From Macrostomum lignano (lineage: Eukaryota), in the NCBI GenBank assembly GCA_002269645.1, contig NIVC01000567.1:1-64000 (forward strand): a stretch of 64,000 nt of DNA, written 5' to 3'. This document shows, piece by piece, positions 37,121 through 50,180 of this stretch. The notes under the pieces were generated by a model. It did not search any database and was not told the DNA's origin. It was given only the letters and a program-made list of their open reading frames with translations. The position numbers were made by a program, and so were the translations under genes. Positions within the stretch are counted from its first letter, which is position 1; each line of letters begins with the position of its first letter.

Positions 37121-40100
37121 CTATCAGCGTAAGATGCTGATGTCGCTGTTCAATCAATTCGACGAAGCAAATGGCAATGGCGACCCGTCTGCTTTGCGTG
37201 CGAGCCCCATCGAGATTGACTACGGCGACGATGACAACGCTGAAGATACTGAGCAGAGAGCGACTAACTCAGAAACTGCATCAGCTTCTTCTGCTATCAC
37301 CGTTGGTTCGGGCAACGCGGAGAGAACGATGCAGGGAGGCAGCGGTGGAAGCAGCAACTGGAAAGTGCCATCTAGCACTGTTATCGGAGGGTAAGCGAAG
37401 TTAAACTGCTTGTAAAATATGCTTGTAAGACTGCCAGTTTTAAATATATTTATAACCAAATAAAAACCCACACCAACCTTCTCCCCTAGTCCTTGGAATA
37501 ATGACAATAGGCACAGCTCTTGCCAAAACAAAATTTGAAGAATTTTACTTACTAGCTAACGCCTAAAGTTCAAGATTTCTTTATTTGAACTTTCAATTGC
37601 AGCTTAGCTGGATTGGTAAGCATTCGCCTCTAAGCAAATTATTATAATATAATTATCTAACAGTTATCCAATGTGATTTTTTGTAGTTGGAGTGTGAACT
37701 TTTAACAGGAGAAAAATTCTGTGCGTATTCCAAAGTTCCTGGTCGGATTGGAGTTAATTTTTCTTGATCATCTATGCATAGACAGTTTTCCAAACATGCT
37801 CAACGGGTTCAGTTTTATACTTTCCGTATTGGCACACAGCGCCGCAGTCTCCAGTGGCAGTGCCTTCAGTTTCGCCAGCTGGCGTCCGGACATGTCAGGC
37901 CACTGTCAGCCTCCGCAACCCCAGCCGCCACCCCAGCTTATCGACGCGCTGAGCTGCAACAGTTCCGTGAAGCCCCAGTCTGCTGTGGACTCCGTGTCCA
38001 CTATGCAGGCAACTGAGCTAATCGAGGCAGCTGCTTGCAACTCTGGACGCCAGATCGACGTCACTCAGGACAGTTTCGACACCGCCGATTCGTCGAAAAA
38101 GCGCAAGCGTCGAAAGACTCGCGGTAAACGCAAAATTCGCCAGTCTCAACAACAGCAGCAGAAACAACAGCAGCCAGCGAAGCAAGCAGCTCTGAAGGCC
38201 GAACTGCTCTCGCCGTATCTGAGTAGCGGCTTGTCTGCTGAGGATGAGGAGGAGAATCTGCGGTACCTGTTGAGAACGCCGCACAATCGCAGCTTCTGGA
38301 TTAGGGTGAGAGGGGATGTTGGGAATGATCCTTTTAGGTTTTAAAAAGTCCGTTAAGAAGCGCTTGTTGAAACTGTATGGGACCACTATGATTGGCTGCT
38401 AAATTATAATTTATTCCACCATGAGCAGACGGGAACTTTAAGTGTTGTAAGAATGAACGAAGGCAGTGGTAGGACAGTCCATTGATCCCAGTAGCGCAAC
38501 CAGAAATTCTTCGAGGGGGGGGGCGGATTTTTGAGGGTAACGACCCAACGGAGTGGAGGAGCGACTGTGTATTTAGGCGAAAATTCGCTTGGTCCCCCTT
38601 TGATTTTTTCTGGTTTCGTCTCTGATTGATCCGTATTTCCTACTTGCTCGTTGGCCAAGTGCGTCAACATATTGGTAGGCATCCACTCCTAGGCTGTGTT
38701 GAGAACAACATTTACTGTCTTAATGCTTAAAAACGCATGTAACTTTTGAATATCAATTAAAATTGTAAAAACCGAGTCAAGAATCATTTGAAGATTCATT
38801 ACTTACATGTACATGTAACCCAGTCCGATCAGCGACGCAAGAGTTACATCGATCAAGAATTACTGGCTTATCGTCGGGAAATTCCCATCAGAGTGAATCG
38901 AACCACTCAACTGCGGCTTCAACGGCTGGAGGCGGCCAAGGACCAGCAGCGACTTCGGGCCATGCGACTGACTCGGCAGCTGAGCGAGGGCCGGCAGAAG
39001 CAGATGCGGCTGCAGCGTCAGAAGAAACTGCAGGCAGAGCAGCGGGATCGAGAGAAACGTCGACAAGCCGAGGCGGCGGCTCAACAGGTGAGGATGCGAA
39101 GTTCAAGTTACGAGTATTTTGCTTTTCCCATTTTATTCCATCTTCTTACTTTAATTCTAGGTTCATACTAGTTACGGAGGTACAGAGCGGTTGCAGACTA
39201 GTTGTTAGAGCGTTGGACTTATGACTGAAAGGTCGGGGATTCGATTCTCGACCAACATGAGAATGTGTCCTTGAGCAAGACACTTAACTCTGCATGCTTC
39301 AGTTCACCTAGCTGTAAAGTGGGTGCCATTAGCATTAGCTGGGGTAATTGAGGGTGTGTGTGGCGACCCCTCAGTCCTTGAATCGAACAGCCGTAAGCAG
39401 CCTTTGATGTGGCGCGCAATAGCTGCAGCTGAGCTGTCGGTTGCACATCTGCCTATCAGGGCAGGTGTAATCAATTATTATTATTATTATTATTATTATC
39501 ATTATTACTATTATTATTCTAAGTTCAAAACAAAGAGAGGACACGATTAGTCTTGGTTTACCATTGCGTAACAGTGGATGAATTAGAAATCCTAGACATA
39601 TTACAAATTGTACTTCCCAGAAACAATGACTGAAATTTGCGAGATCTAGTGTGAATGAAAAACAATGCGTCACCTTTTCCATACGTATAAATTTTAAGCT
39701 AAAAATGTTTACATCTACGGTAATTTTTGTTTGCAAAAACGACGAGCAAACAAACGTTTTGTTTCTTTAAATTCCTCAGGCGGAACGTGAGCGCAGCGAT
39801 ATGCGTCGCCGGGCAGTTATGCAGCTGCAGCGACAGCAGCGCAATCGGAGCGCCCTCGGTGGGCCCAGCAGCAGCAGCCTAAGTCGCGGAACCACCGTAA
39901 CGAGTCCCAGTGGCAGTCGAACTCACGAAAACCACGCAGACGCTGAGACCACTCTGTCCCTTGCTACCGTTTCCGTTGCTGTGGACGCCAAGTCAATCGA
40001 GAAGAAGACGCAGCAGGTTTTTAAGAAGACGGGCGGTACCTCATCGCAGTGGCAAAGCTGGAGAAATCAGCAACTGAAATTGCGTCAGCGTTCGCAAGAG

Positions 40101-43100
40101 ACAAAATCGAGCAACGTCAGAGAGAACGAAGAAAGTAACGATCCCATCAATGATCGCGAGACGTTCAATGACTTTGGTTCCGGCGATGTAGCGCCGCCGT
40201 CTTTGCAGTCGCCGATGTCGCAGCAGAGTTCACAAACATTGCAACAACAACAACAGCAACAGCAGCAACAGCCACAATGTCAGCACGTTCGTGCAGCAAG
40301 ATCTTACGGGTGAGAGTCGATGCTAGCTTTTGATTGCTTTAGTTAATCAATTACCATGGGAAACCAGCACTAAAAACGCAGGAATTGATTCGATCTAACA
40401 AACACTTACAGGCTGGAAATGCACCCAAGCAAGCAGCAGCACTACGCTGATGAGCCATATCGAGAAGAACCAAAGCGGGAGTCTCACCCTGACGAACCAA
40501 TCAAGGAGATGGCACAGCGTCGGCAGGAAAGCGATGACACTGAACGCACCGAAGAGGCGTTGCGTCGTCGAGCTTCCGGTGAGTAATCAAACCCAATCTT
40601 ATAAATTCTGATTCCGTCCTTGTATTGTCTCGTAGTTGAATCGTATTTTATACGTGACGGATGTTATAGGTAAACTTTGACATGGTTACTCAGAATCGAA
40701 TCTGTTTATAGTGTCATACAAGAGGCACACTGAGGGTCAATAAAGCTTAACATTGGAATCGAAGCGTAATGGTTCTATAGCAAGTTCGAGTCTTACTTAT
40801 TGTTATTCAGAGAAGGCAATATTACCAATGTTCCTGTGCAAAAACCTTTTGTGTAGTTCTGGAGCGACTTCGTCAAGAATTTCTGCAGGGGGTCGACGCT
40901 CGCCTGTTCGGAAACGGAGACGAAAGTGACGTCTCCAACTCTGCTGACGCCGCTGGCCCGTCCGCAGCGACTGCGGCTGGTGCTACCAGCATCACTGCCG
41001 ACGAATTGTCCTCCTTGGGTGAACAACTTTTTGCCGAGTTTAGCGAGCTAAAAACAGACTTGGCCAGGCTGCTCGACGCCAAGAGACAGTGTAAGTCAGT
41101 GAGCTGCTGACTGACTGACTGACTGACTGACTGACTGACTGACTGACTGACTGACTGACTGACTGACTGACTGACTGACTGACTGACTGACTGACTGACT
41201 GACTGACTGACTGACTGACTGACTGACTGACTGACTGACTGACTGACTGACTGACTGACTGACTGACTGACTGACTGACTGACTGACTGACTGACTGACT
41301 GACTGACTGACTGACTGACTGACTGACTGACTGACTGACTGACTGACTGACTGACTGACTGACTGACTGACTGACTGACTGACTGACTGACTGACTGACT
41401 GACTGACTGACTGACTGACTGACTGACTGACTGACTGACTGACTGACTGACTGACTGACTGACTGACTGACTGACTGACTGACTGACTGACTGACTGACT
41501 GACTGACTGACTGACTGACTGACTGACTGACTGACTGACTGACTGACTGACTGACTGACTGACTGACTGACTGACTGACTGACTGACTGACTGACTGACT
41601 GACTGACTGACTGACTGACTGACTGACTGACTGACTGACTGACTGACTGACTGACTGACTGACTGACTGACTGACTGACTGACTGACTGACTGACTGACT
41701 GACTGACTGACTGACTGACTGACTGACTGACTGACTGACTGACTGATAATAGACAGTTTTAAGGCTCATAAGTCCTGAACTCTAAAAAAAGCCCGGACTC
41801 CGATTCGCTGCAGATCTGGCAACAAACATTCAATCCGAGCAGCTAGCAGAGAACCAGCGCCAACTGAATGCTAAGGTGCAGCAGCTTGACAGCCTCATCA
41901 AGAGAGTGATGCAACACCTTGACAGCGGCGGAAGCAGCAACAGTGGGTTCTCCGATGCTGTTTGCTTGAGCGACAAAGACCAGCAGAAGGTAACTGCCTT
42001 TTATGTCAGCCTATTCTATCATCAGCATCAAAGTACAATACTTAATGTAATTATGTCACCTGTACCGTTTGCATCAACTTAGTACGCCGAGATAATCAGC
42101 TTGGATACGTCTGCGAACGCAGCGGCGGCGGAAGAAATTCCGCCAACAAACTATACTCAGACAACTACTCATGGTTGCCACCAGCAGCATGGGGTGGTGT
42201 CGCGTGAGTAAAGAATTGCGTTGATTGAACTATTAGATAATCCATCATTATTTACTAAAATTTTTCCTAAAATATTAATTGGGAAAGTTAACACAAACTT
42301 TTAGCCTGTCTACAGCCTATCAATACTATATATCGCCAAGTAGATCCTTCTTGCAAGCACTGCGCTTCTCCTGTGTAAGTTCTGACTCATGCTAAGCTTT
42401 GTTTTGCTTTGTTCCTTTTATCGATAATACCTTTGATTCTGATTATATAATTGAAACCCAACCCTACTCTGCCAATGTACACTGCAATCTGATTTTATCA
42501 GTTGGCACCCACCCCTCTCCGACAATGTACACTGCAATCTGGTTTTATCAGTTGGCACCCACCCAACTCCGACATGTACACTGCAATCTGATTTTATCAG
42601 TTGGCACCCACCCCCCTTGACATGTACACTGCAATCTGATTGTATCAGTTAGCACCCACCCCTCTCCGACATGTACACTGCAATCTGATTTTATCAGTTG
42701 GCACCCACCCCCCTTGAATGTACACTGCAATCTGATTGTATCAGTTAGCACCCACCCCTCTCCGACATGTACACTGCAATCTGATTGTATCAGTTGGCAC
42801 CCAACCCACTCCGACATGTACACTGCAATCTGATTTTATCAGTTGGCACCCACCCCACTCCGAAAATGTAAACCGCAATCTGATCTCTGATCTCTCCCAC
42901 CGTGCAGTCACAACTGCACAATGTCCTCATCAATGGGGCCTACAACCAAGCAAGACGTCGCAATCGGATCAACACAGAACCGTGACAGAGATCCAGCCTA
43001 CGAAACTGAGCACGCTAGGCGTCTAATTGCTCAGTTGAGACTCCAGTTAGATATAATGCGACGCGCATCTGAGGGCCTTTGGCTGCCGCCCAGACTCGAC

Positions 43101-44822
43101 GATCAGGATGAGGCCGAGCATCAGCCGCCGAAACAGCAGCGCCTGCCACCCCGGTTCAAAAGCCTGGGCGATCCAGTAGCCACCATCGAGCAGCGCAGAA
43201 GGCTCTCCCGTCAGCGCGCCGTCGAGCGGGATCCGTCACAGGCTCGACTTCTTCCGGTGCTACTGCGTCACCGGAAGTGGCGACCCGGGACGCCGAAGTT
43301 TCAAGCATTTGCTGCGAACCGGTGCAACTGGTGCAGTGAGTTTTATTGGGAGTGAGTCAATTAACGGTGAGGGGTACATATAGAATCTACTACTGGTGAG
43401 GTGTAAGAACCCACTATCAGGAGATGTAGAACCCATTACCCTTGAGGTGTACAACCCATTACCGGTGAGGAGTACAACCAATTACCGGTGAGGTGTACAA
43501 CCCATTACCGGTGTGGGGTAGAATCCATTACTGGTGAAGGGTAGAATCTAACTCGTATTACTGGTGAGGGGTAGAGTCCATTTTTGGTGAGGGATAGAGT
43601 CCATTACCGGTGAGGATTAGAACCCATTACTAAAGAGGCTTAGAATACAGCAGGTAAGGGTGAAAGCCAACTTGATCGATTGGTGGAATTAAAATTTCCT
43701 TAGTGCATTAATATTGCATCCGCCCACCAGAACGCTACCGCGAGTCGGTGCTGCCGCTGTGGACGAACACAATCCGAGCGGAACTGTCGCTGCACGAACC
43801 AATTGGAGATTCGCTAAAACTGCTTGGCAGTCGGCTTGGAAAACCGTTGTCACCCGATTGGGTTTTGAGCACGGCCGCTTTTCCTGACGACGGGTGCCCG
43901 GGTAAAAATACTCTGAGAAAATCGTTGCTCTTGAGGGTCAGCGAACTTTGCGGACCAGATATTTTATAGGTAGAAATGGTAAAAATTTAACCCTCAACAC
44001 ACCGCAGGTCATTCTTCAATACTTGACCTGACTCAAACGCCTCATCAAGCCAAGCTGAAGCCATTTCAAACCATCTTCGTCAGCGAGAGCGACACAACTC
44101 AGAAGTTGCAGAGTCGCTCCGTGGCCGGTGCAACGTCTGCTGCCGCATCTTTTCCCAAGATTCCAGCGCCGGTGACTTGTGGAACTTCCACCAGAGTGTC
44201 GGAGATTGGCACGATGCTTGCCAATGACCAGCAGCGGGAGTCGCCTCGTCAGCAGCAGGGGGAGTTGCATTGTCAGCAGCTGCGGGAGTCGCCTCGTCAG
44301 CAGCAGGGGGAGTTGCATTGTCAGCAGCTGCGGGAGTCGCCTCGTCAGCAGCAGGGGGAGTTGCTTTGTCAACAGCTGCGAGAGTCGCCTCGTCAGCAGC
44401 AGGGGGAGTTGCTTTGTCAGCAGCTGCGGCAGTCCCCCCGTCAGCAGCAGCCCAGAACAGTTCTAACTCAAAAGCAGACTAAACCAACGATCCCAACCCC
44501 GCCAACGGTGTCCTCGACTCCCACGGTGTCGGCCGGGGAGGAGGCCGGCACGCTGAACGTTATGCCACCTCGTCTGGTCAGAGTCTGTGAGCAGAGACAA
44601 GTGGCTGAAGCAGTGGAAACGGGAGCTAGAAAAGCTGACCCTCAGTCTGCACCGACGAAGGCCAACAGTTTAGAAGCTGTTATTCCAAAATCTGCTTCGT
44701 CGGCTTCGTGTCACAGCTGCCGTCAGTGCGTCTGCCAGCAGCAGCAGCAGCAGCCGAGGCACCAGCAGGTGACAGTACCAGCGCTTGTCAAAGGCGACAT
44801 CTACGGTGGAGGCTTGGAGTAA
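37121..44822 (+). CDS. Unrecognised Q/R/S-rich coiled-coil protein, at least 12 exons, at least 1236 aa (5' end not found)
   Basis: Phase-consistent GT-AG chain: 37121-37390, 37840-38305, 38824-39087, 39780-40309, 40412-40578, 40857-41090, 41814-41989, 42083-42203, 42305-42374, 42908-43335, 43731-43901, 44008-44822 (stop). No domain recognised. Confidence 0.7.
39185..39518 (+). mobile_element. tRNA-derived SINE (family 1) with V-domain-like core and (ATT)n tail
   Basis: tRNA-like head (GTTGTTAGAGCGTTGGACT...GGATTCGATTCT), GTGTCCTTGAGCAAGACACTTAAC at 39265-39288, (ATT)n tail 39474-39518; second copy on the minus strand at ~50975-51275. Confidence 0.8.
41107..41746. repeat. (CTGA)n microsatellite, ~160 perfect units, intronic
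   Basis: Uninterrupted tetranucleotide run between exons ending at 41090 and starting at 41814. Confidence 0.99.
42470..42880. repeat. ~49-bp intronic minisatellite (~8 copies)
   Basis: Unit ATGTACACTGCAATCTGATTTTATCAGTTGGCACCCACCCCTCTCCGAC. Confidence 0.9.
43385..43635. repeat. ~23-bp degenerate intronic tandem repeat
   Basis: Recurrent ACCCATTAC(C/T)GGTGAGG...AGA units, about 10 copies. Confidence 0.75.
44229..44450 (+). repeat. 48-bp coding tandem repeat (QQLRESPRQQQGEL(H/L)C, ~4.5 copies) in the last exon
   Basis: In-frame 16-aa repeat within ORF 44106-44822. Confidence 0.85.
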
Positions 44823-46375
44823 GTGCAGGTTCAGAGCATTTTAACTGGAATATGGCTTTGAGAAGTTTGAATTTAGATTAGACATGGTAATGTGAGTTTA
44901 GTTTGCAGCATTAGTTTGAGGTTTGAGCACACGTTAATAGCTTTAACTGACCCTTAAACTGACTAAAGCATTTGGTGTTCCCCTGGTGTTGGTGCCGGTG
45001 ACGCTAATGCCCCTGGTTCTAAAGCCCCTGGTTCTAAAGCCCCGGCACACATGAATCCCATTGCCCCACTGCAGACTGTCGCCCACCACTGCGCCTATGT
45101 CTGGCGACATTCGAGACCAGCACACCTTCTTCACAGGTGATGGCGGCGACGGCGGACTGCACCCTAGCAGGAACCGAGGATCGTATGGAAATCCTCAGTC
45201 AAATTTTTCGCTACCGATGTCCAATCATGGACCAGTAGTAAGCGCGGATAATCCTAGCGAATATTCTCATCGCGGAAGTCGTGAGTACAGCCTTAATAGT
45301 TCTGATTGATCTAATGTATTGCCTTGGATCTTTCCTTCTATCTACTATGAGTAGTACGACTCTGAGTGGTTAAAAAATCAACATTTAAACTGCAGTAAAA
45401 AGACAGTCTTTAAAAAAGCTGTGACGTTAAGGTTTAAATTTATTCAGTTTAAGCACCGGTAAAAATAAGAAACAGGAGACTGTTTCGAGGAAAATTATTC
45501 TGTAACGCACTCGCGTTTTAACAAAACTGCATGGCTGAACTAAGAAAAATATGAAAATATGCTGTGCTCCATTTCTTCAATAAGATGCTAGAACTTTAAT
45601 TGTTAAAAATTTATAAAACACTCCCCATTTTTTAACATGCATGTCGTGAACATTCAAAATGCAATACATTTAGCACCTATTCGAAACAAGTTTTCAAACA
45701 GAATTTCTAATGAGTTGCTATTGCCTGTCTTCAATATTAACTATGTTGCATTGTTTTAATGATATATTTAGATCATGAAGCGGTAACTCCTGCCATTTTT
45801 ATCATATCCAAGCTCACTCGGCAACTCCCAAAGCGTCCCAGATGGCACCTCGAGTAGGACGACTCTACCGACCAGGAATCTACTCGTGCCTGTCCTCATC
45901 AGATGCTCAAGCAACTGCCAACTCTTCTCCCGCACTGAGCATCCAGTCATCTGTGAGGCTGTCCCAACAGCCCCAGGTAAATCATGACGTAATGCTAACA
46001 TCGTCTAACTAAGAAACAGACCGACTTTGTCGAGTAAGGATCTACAATGAAAGCTGTGTATCCACGATCCATGGCACGAATTTCATTTTAATTCAAGTCC
46101 CTGGCTTTCTGCTTTTTGTTTCAAATCTAGTGTCTAATTTTTATATAGTAATCAGTCGGAGAGAAGTGTTAGTTAAATGTTAGATGGACAACATTTCTAG
46201 AACATTACGTATATTCGCAATCGATGCAGAATCTTGTTTTCTTAACTTTGCCTGTTGTCATGCAGTTTCCGAACTGACTGCACCACTAGTCCTACACGCA
46301 TAGTCAACTTTTTATTTGGTAAAACCTAGTCGAGATGTAACAACTTGAGAAGCTACTCTCATCCTAGTTGGTGCT

Positions 46376-46520
46376 CATTGGCTGGCAGCTCCCATTTGAC
46401 CTTGAGAGGCGAGATGCTAGGATTCTCCCCCCCCCCGATGCCGATTGGCTGGCAGTTCCCATTTGACCTTGAGAGGCGAGATGCTAGGATTCTCCCTCCC
46501 CCCGGATTTGACCTTGAGAA
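46376..46520. repeat. Local ~70-bp direct duplication
   Basis: ATTGGCTGGCAG(C/T)TCCCATTTGACCTTGAGAGGCGAGATGCTAGGATTCTCCC occurs twice, followed by a partial third TTTGACCTTGAGA. Confidence 0.8.
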
Positions 46521-47229
46521 TTCAATTCTGAAGCCATTGAACGTCAGAGATCACGCTATAAGCAAGTGATTCTAGTCAGCTAAATGCGCTTTTTCTTCTG
46601 GTTCTTAGCCAAGGTCAAACAACAAAGCAAATAGCCAAAAAACCTTCTAGGGAACACGCAAGTAATGCATATGGAGTCTCTGATATGCTTTTTAGAATAT
46701 TTTCAAGCTCTCATGCACATATGCCGCATTTGGGAGGCTTCCACGCAAAAAATGAATTTTGTTTAAATTCAATCATAAAAACCGAATTTTCTGTATAACC
46801 AAACCTTTCTATTTACAAGCTTAACTGGATGACACATCCCACGCATCTACCACAATAGTGTTTTTAAACTGCTTAACCAAGCAAGGATTCAGTCATCGAA
46901 CTTTTTGCGTTGTGAAATAAAATAGTCTCTTTAAAAAATTGCTTTACATTGTATTCTATAGCCATACCAACACATAGGATATTGCGAGCTTCTCGATTTA
47001 GACAATGAATTTGTTTCCGATTTTGAGTTGCTAACCTAGCCATACCCCATCTTTCCGTTTTAATAAGAGAAGCTCTGCATTGAATCAATCGAGTAAATGT
47101 GTTTTTTGCTTTATCCTGACTTTTATCGGCTACTTGAACAAGTAGTGAATAGAGAATTTTCATAATGCCTTTATTTTCGATGTAAATGAAAAATATACGC
47201 CATTGGAATTCTCTCGATGGTTTATTATC

Positions 47230-47735
47230 ATATCTACGGGAAGGGTGAGATTTCTAGATTTAAGCTACGGGAAGTGTGAGATTTCTAGATTTGAGCTACG
47301 GGAAGGGTGAGATTTCTAGATTTGAGCTACGGGAAGGGTGAGATTTCTAGATTTGAGCTACGGGGAGGGTGAGATTTCTAGATTTAAGCTACGGGAAGTG
47401 TGAGATTTCTAGATTTAAGCTACGGGAAGTGTGAGATTTCTAGATTTGAGCTACGGGAAGGGTGAGATTTCTAGATTTGAGCTACGGGGAGGGTGAGATT
47501 TCTAGATTTGAGCTACGGGGAGGGTGAGATTTCTAGATTTGAGCTACGGGAAGGGTGAGATTTCTAGATTTGAGCTACGGGGAGGGTGAGATTTCTAGAT
47601 TTGAGCTACGGGAAGGGTGAGATTTCTAGATTTGAGCTACGGGGAGGGTGAGATTTCTAGATTTGAGCTACGGGAAGGGTGAGATTTCTAGATTTAAGCT
47701 ACGGGAAGTGTGAGATTTCTAGATTTGAGCTACAG
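47230..47735. repeat. 31-bp minisatellite (~16 copies)
   Basis: Unit GAGCTACGGGAAGGGTGAGATTTCTAGATTT. Confidence 0.95.
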
Positions 47736-48174
47736 GAAATATCGAATATAGCAGATCAGGCCGATAGGCAGGCCATTCAAGCCGGCAAACAGAAACCACA
47801 GCTCAGTCCCACACCGTTTCCTAAGAATGCGTTGGCTCTCTTTGTCTCTCAGCTGAGAGACGTTGTCTCACAGATTTTAGCTGCGTTTCATCGCGCTTAA
47901 GTCTGTCTGGTGTTTTTGTCTATTCAAAAATAGCAGAAGTAAAAGTCTGGAAGGAATTGGTCACGAGGAGTGGGAGGTGCTGCTTTGTTAATTGTTCTGC
48001 CTTGCCTAAGCTAACACGGCGTCGCCATAAAAATTGGGAATCCAGCGCCGCCATGGGGTGTCCTTTTGTGTTTCAGATGGCTTTGTTCGTGCGCTGGTTT
48101 GAAAGTTTTGAAAACATCGGGGAGGCGGGGACGGCTGGGCTGGGGCGTGGCTTTGTGAAGTAAAGAGGGAATGG

Positions 48175-48510
48175 AGAGAAGAGGCAGGGAGTCAGAGGGG
48201 GGCAGGGAGTCAGAGAGGGCAGGGAGTCAGAGAGGGCAGGGAGTCAGAGAGGGGCAGAGAGTCAGAGAGAGCAGGGAGTCAGAGGGGGGCAGGGAGTCAG
48301 AGGGGGGCAGGGAGTCAGAGAGGGGCAGGGAGTCAGAGGGGGGCAGGGAGTCAGAGAGGGCAGGGAGTCAGAGAGGGGCAGAGAGTCAGAGAGAGCAGGG
48401 AGTCAGAGGGGGGCAGGGAGTCAGAGAGGGACAGGGAGTCAGAGAGGGGCAGGGAGTCAGAGAGGGGCAGGGAGTCAGAGAGGGCAGGGAGTCAGAGAGG
48501 GGCAGTGAGA
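48175..48510. repeat. G/A-rich 17-19-bp tandem repeat
   Basis: GGCAGGGAGTCAGAG(A/G)GG units of variable length. Confidence 0.9.
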
Positions 48511-49299
48511 CGGAGGCTTGAAAAAGAGAATGGAGGAAGCGGGACATTGATGCATCAAAGAATATGAATTATAAGGCAGATTGGCAAGACAAGAAATTGA
48601 AGACATAAAGAAGACGCAGACTACTCATTAGATATATTCATGGCAGGACTGCAGGCTTTCAGGCAGGTGGCCCCCAAAACCCATCACATATGCTGCGGGG
48701 CGACTTCTAACTGTGCCAACAATCTGACCATTGGCACTGGGGTGGGAAGCTCGGGATCCAAGTAAAAACAAGGCGAGATGATCCGTTTCCTTCCCTAGGA
48801 GCAGCTGCATCCATTGCACCTGCCGTCACCAATATTTTCTGCCTCTTATAAACTCTCTCTCTCCTTTTTCTGGCAATGCTTCTTCTAGTAGGAACGAATT
48901 TCCAAGCGTTCAGCAGTTCCGCATCCCCCTGTTCCTGGCTTGCGCCTCGATCAAGGACTCGCAGCAGCAGCAAATCCGAAAAGTACACAGATCGCAGCGC
49001 ATTTCGAGAGGGCATACTTTTGCGTTGGCAAAAAATCATACTTTTTCGAGGGGGAGGGCAGCTGCACCAGTTTTACTGCACTGTACATTGTGCGCCTCTG
49101 TTAAGTCTTTATGGCAACAACTGGAGTTAAAGAAGCGATGGAAAGAAGCGAGCCATTTTATACTGCTTCGATCGCTGACCGCTTTAAATTTTGCCTGGGG
49201 GGGGGGGGTATAACTAAAATGACTGCGACTGGGAGGTCACTGGGACGGTACTGGCTCACCCTCCAGTTCCAGTCATCTATGTTCGCTCTCCCTTCTTGC

Positions 49300-50180
49300 C
49301 TCTCCTCTCCTCTCCTCTCCTCTCTCCTCTCCTCTCCTCTCCTCTCCTCTCCTCTCCTCTCCTCTCCTCTCCTCTCCTCTCCTCTCCTCTCCTCCCTTCT
49401 TCTCTCCTCTACTCTCCTGTCCTCTCCTCTCCTCTCCTCTCCTCTACTCTCCTGTCCTCTCCTCTCCTCTCCTCTCCTCTCCTCTACTCTCCTCTCCTCT
49501 CCTCTCCTCTCCTCTCCTCTCCTCTCCTCTCCTCTCCTCTCCTCTCCTCTCCTCTCCTCTCCTCTCCTCTCCTCCCTTCTTCTCTCCTCTACTCTCCTGT
49601 CCTCTCCTGTCCTCTCCTCTCCTCTCCTCTCCTCTCCTCTACTCTCCTCTTCTCTCCTCTCCTGTCCTCTCCTCTCCTCTCCTCTCCTCTCCTCTCCTCT
49701 CCTGTCCTCTCCTCTCCTCTCCTCTCCTCTCCTCTCCTCTCCTCTCCTCTCCTCTCCTCTACTCTACTCTCCTGTCCTCTCCTCTCCTCTCCTGTCCTGT
49801 CCTCTCCTGTCCTCTCCTCTCCTCTCCTCTCCTCTCCTCTCCTCTCCTCTCCTCTCATCTCCTCTCCTCCCTTCTTCTCTCCTCTACTCTCCTCTCCTCT
49901 CCTCTCCTCTCCTCTCCTCTCCTGTCCTCTCCTGTTCTCTCCTCTCCTCTCCTGTCCTCTCCTCTCCTCTCCTCTCCTCTCCTCTCCTCTCCTCTCCTCT
50001 CCTCTCCTCTCCTCTCCTCTCCTCTCCTCTCCTCTCCTCTCCTCTCCTCTCCTGTCCTCTCCTGTTCTCTCCTCTCCTCTCCTCTCCTCTACTCTCCTGT
50101 CCTCTCCTCTCCTCTCCTCTCCTCTCCTCTCCTCTTCTCTCCTCTCCTCTCCTCTCCTTTCCTCTCCTGTCCTCTCCTAG
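49300..50180. repeat. (CTCCT)n polypyrimidine microsatellite, ~880 bp
   Basis: Pentamer run with CTGTC/CTACT variants; explains the SPLL and GEERR ORFs. Confidence 0.97.

Noticed and set aside
39185-39260. Functional tRNA genes (also 19288-19360)
   Set aside because: Cloverleaf incomplete and each continues into a repeated body; these are SINE heads.
40873-41769. 298-aa SQSV-repeat ORF
   Set aside because: Translation of the (CTGA)n microsatellite, antisense to an exon-intron structure.
48628-49130. Possible RNase H/retroelement remnant (VYFSD..., FTWIPS)
   Set aside because: Only two short motif-like words; the following GNE.AD motif and other residues are absent, so it is not supportable without a search.
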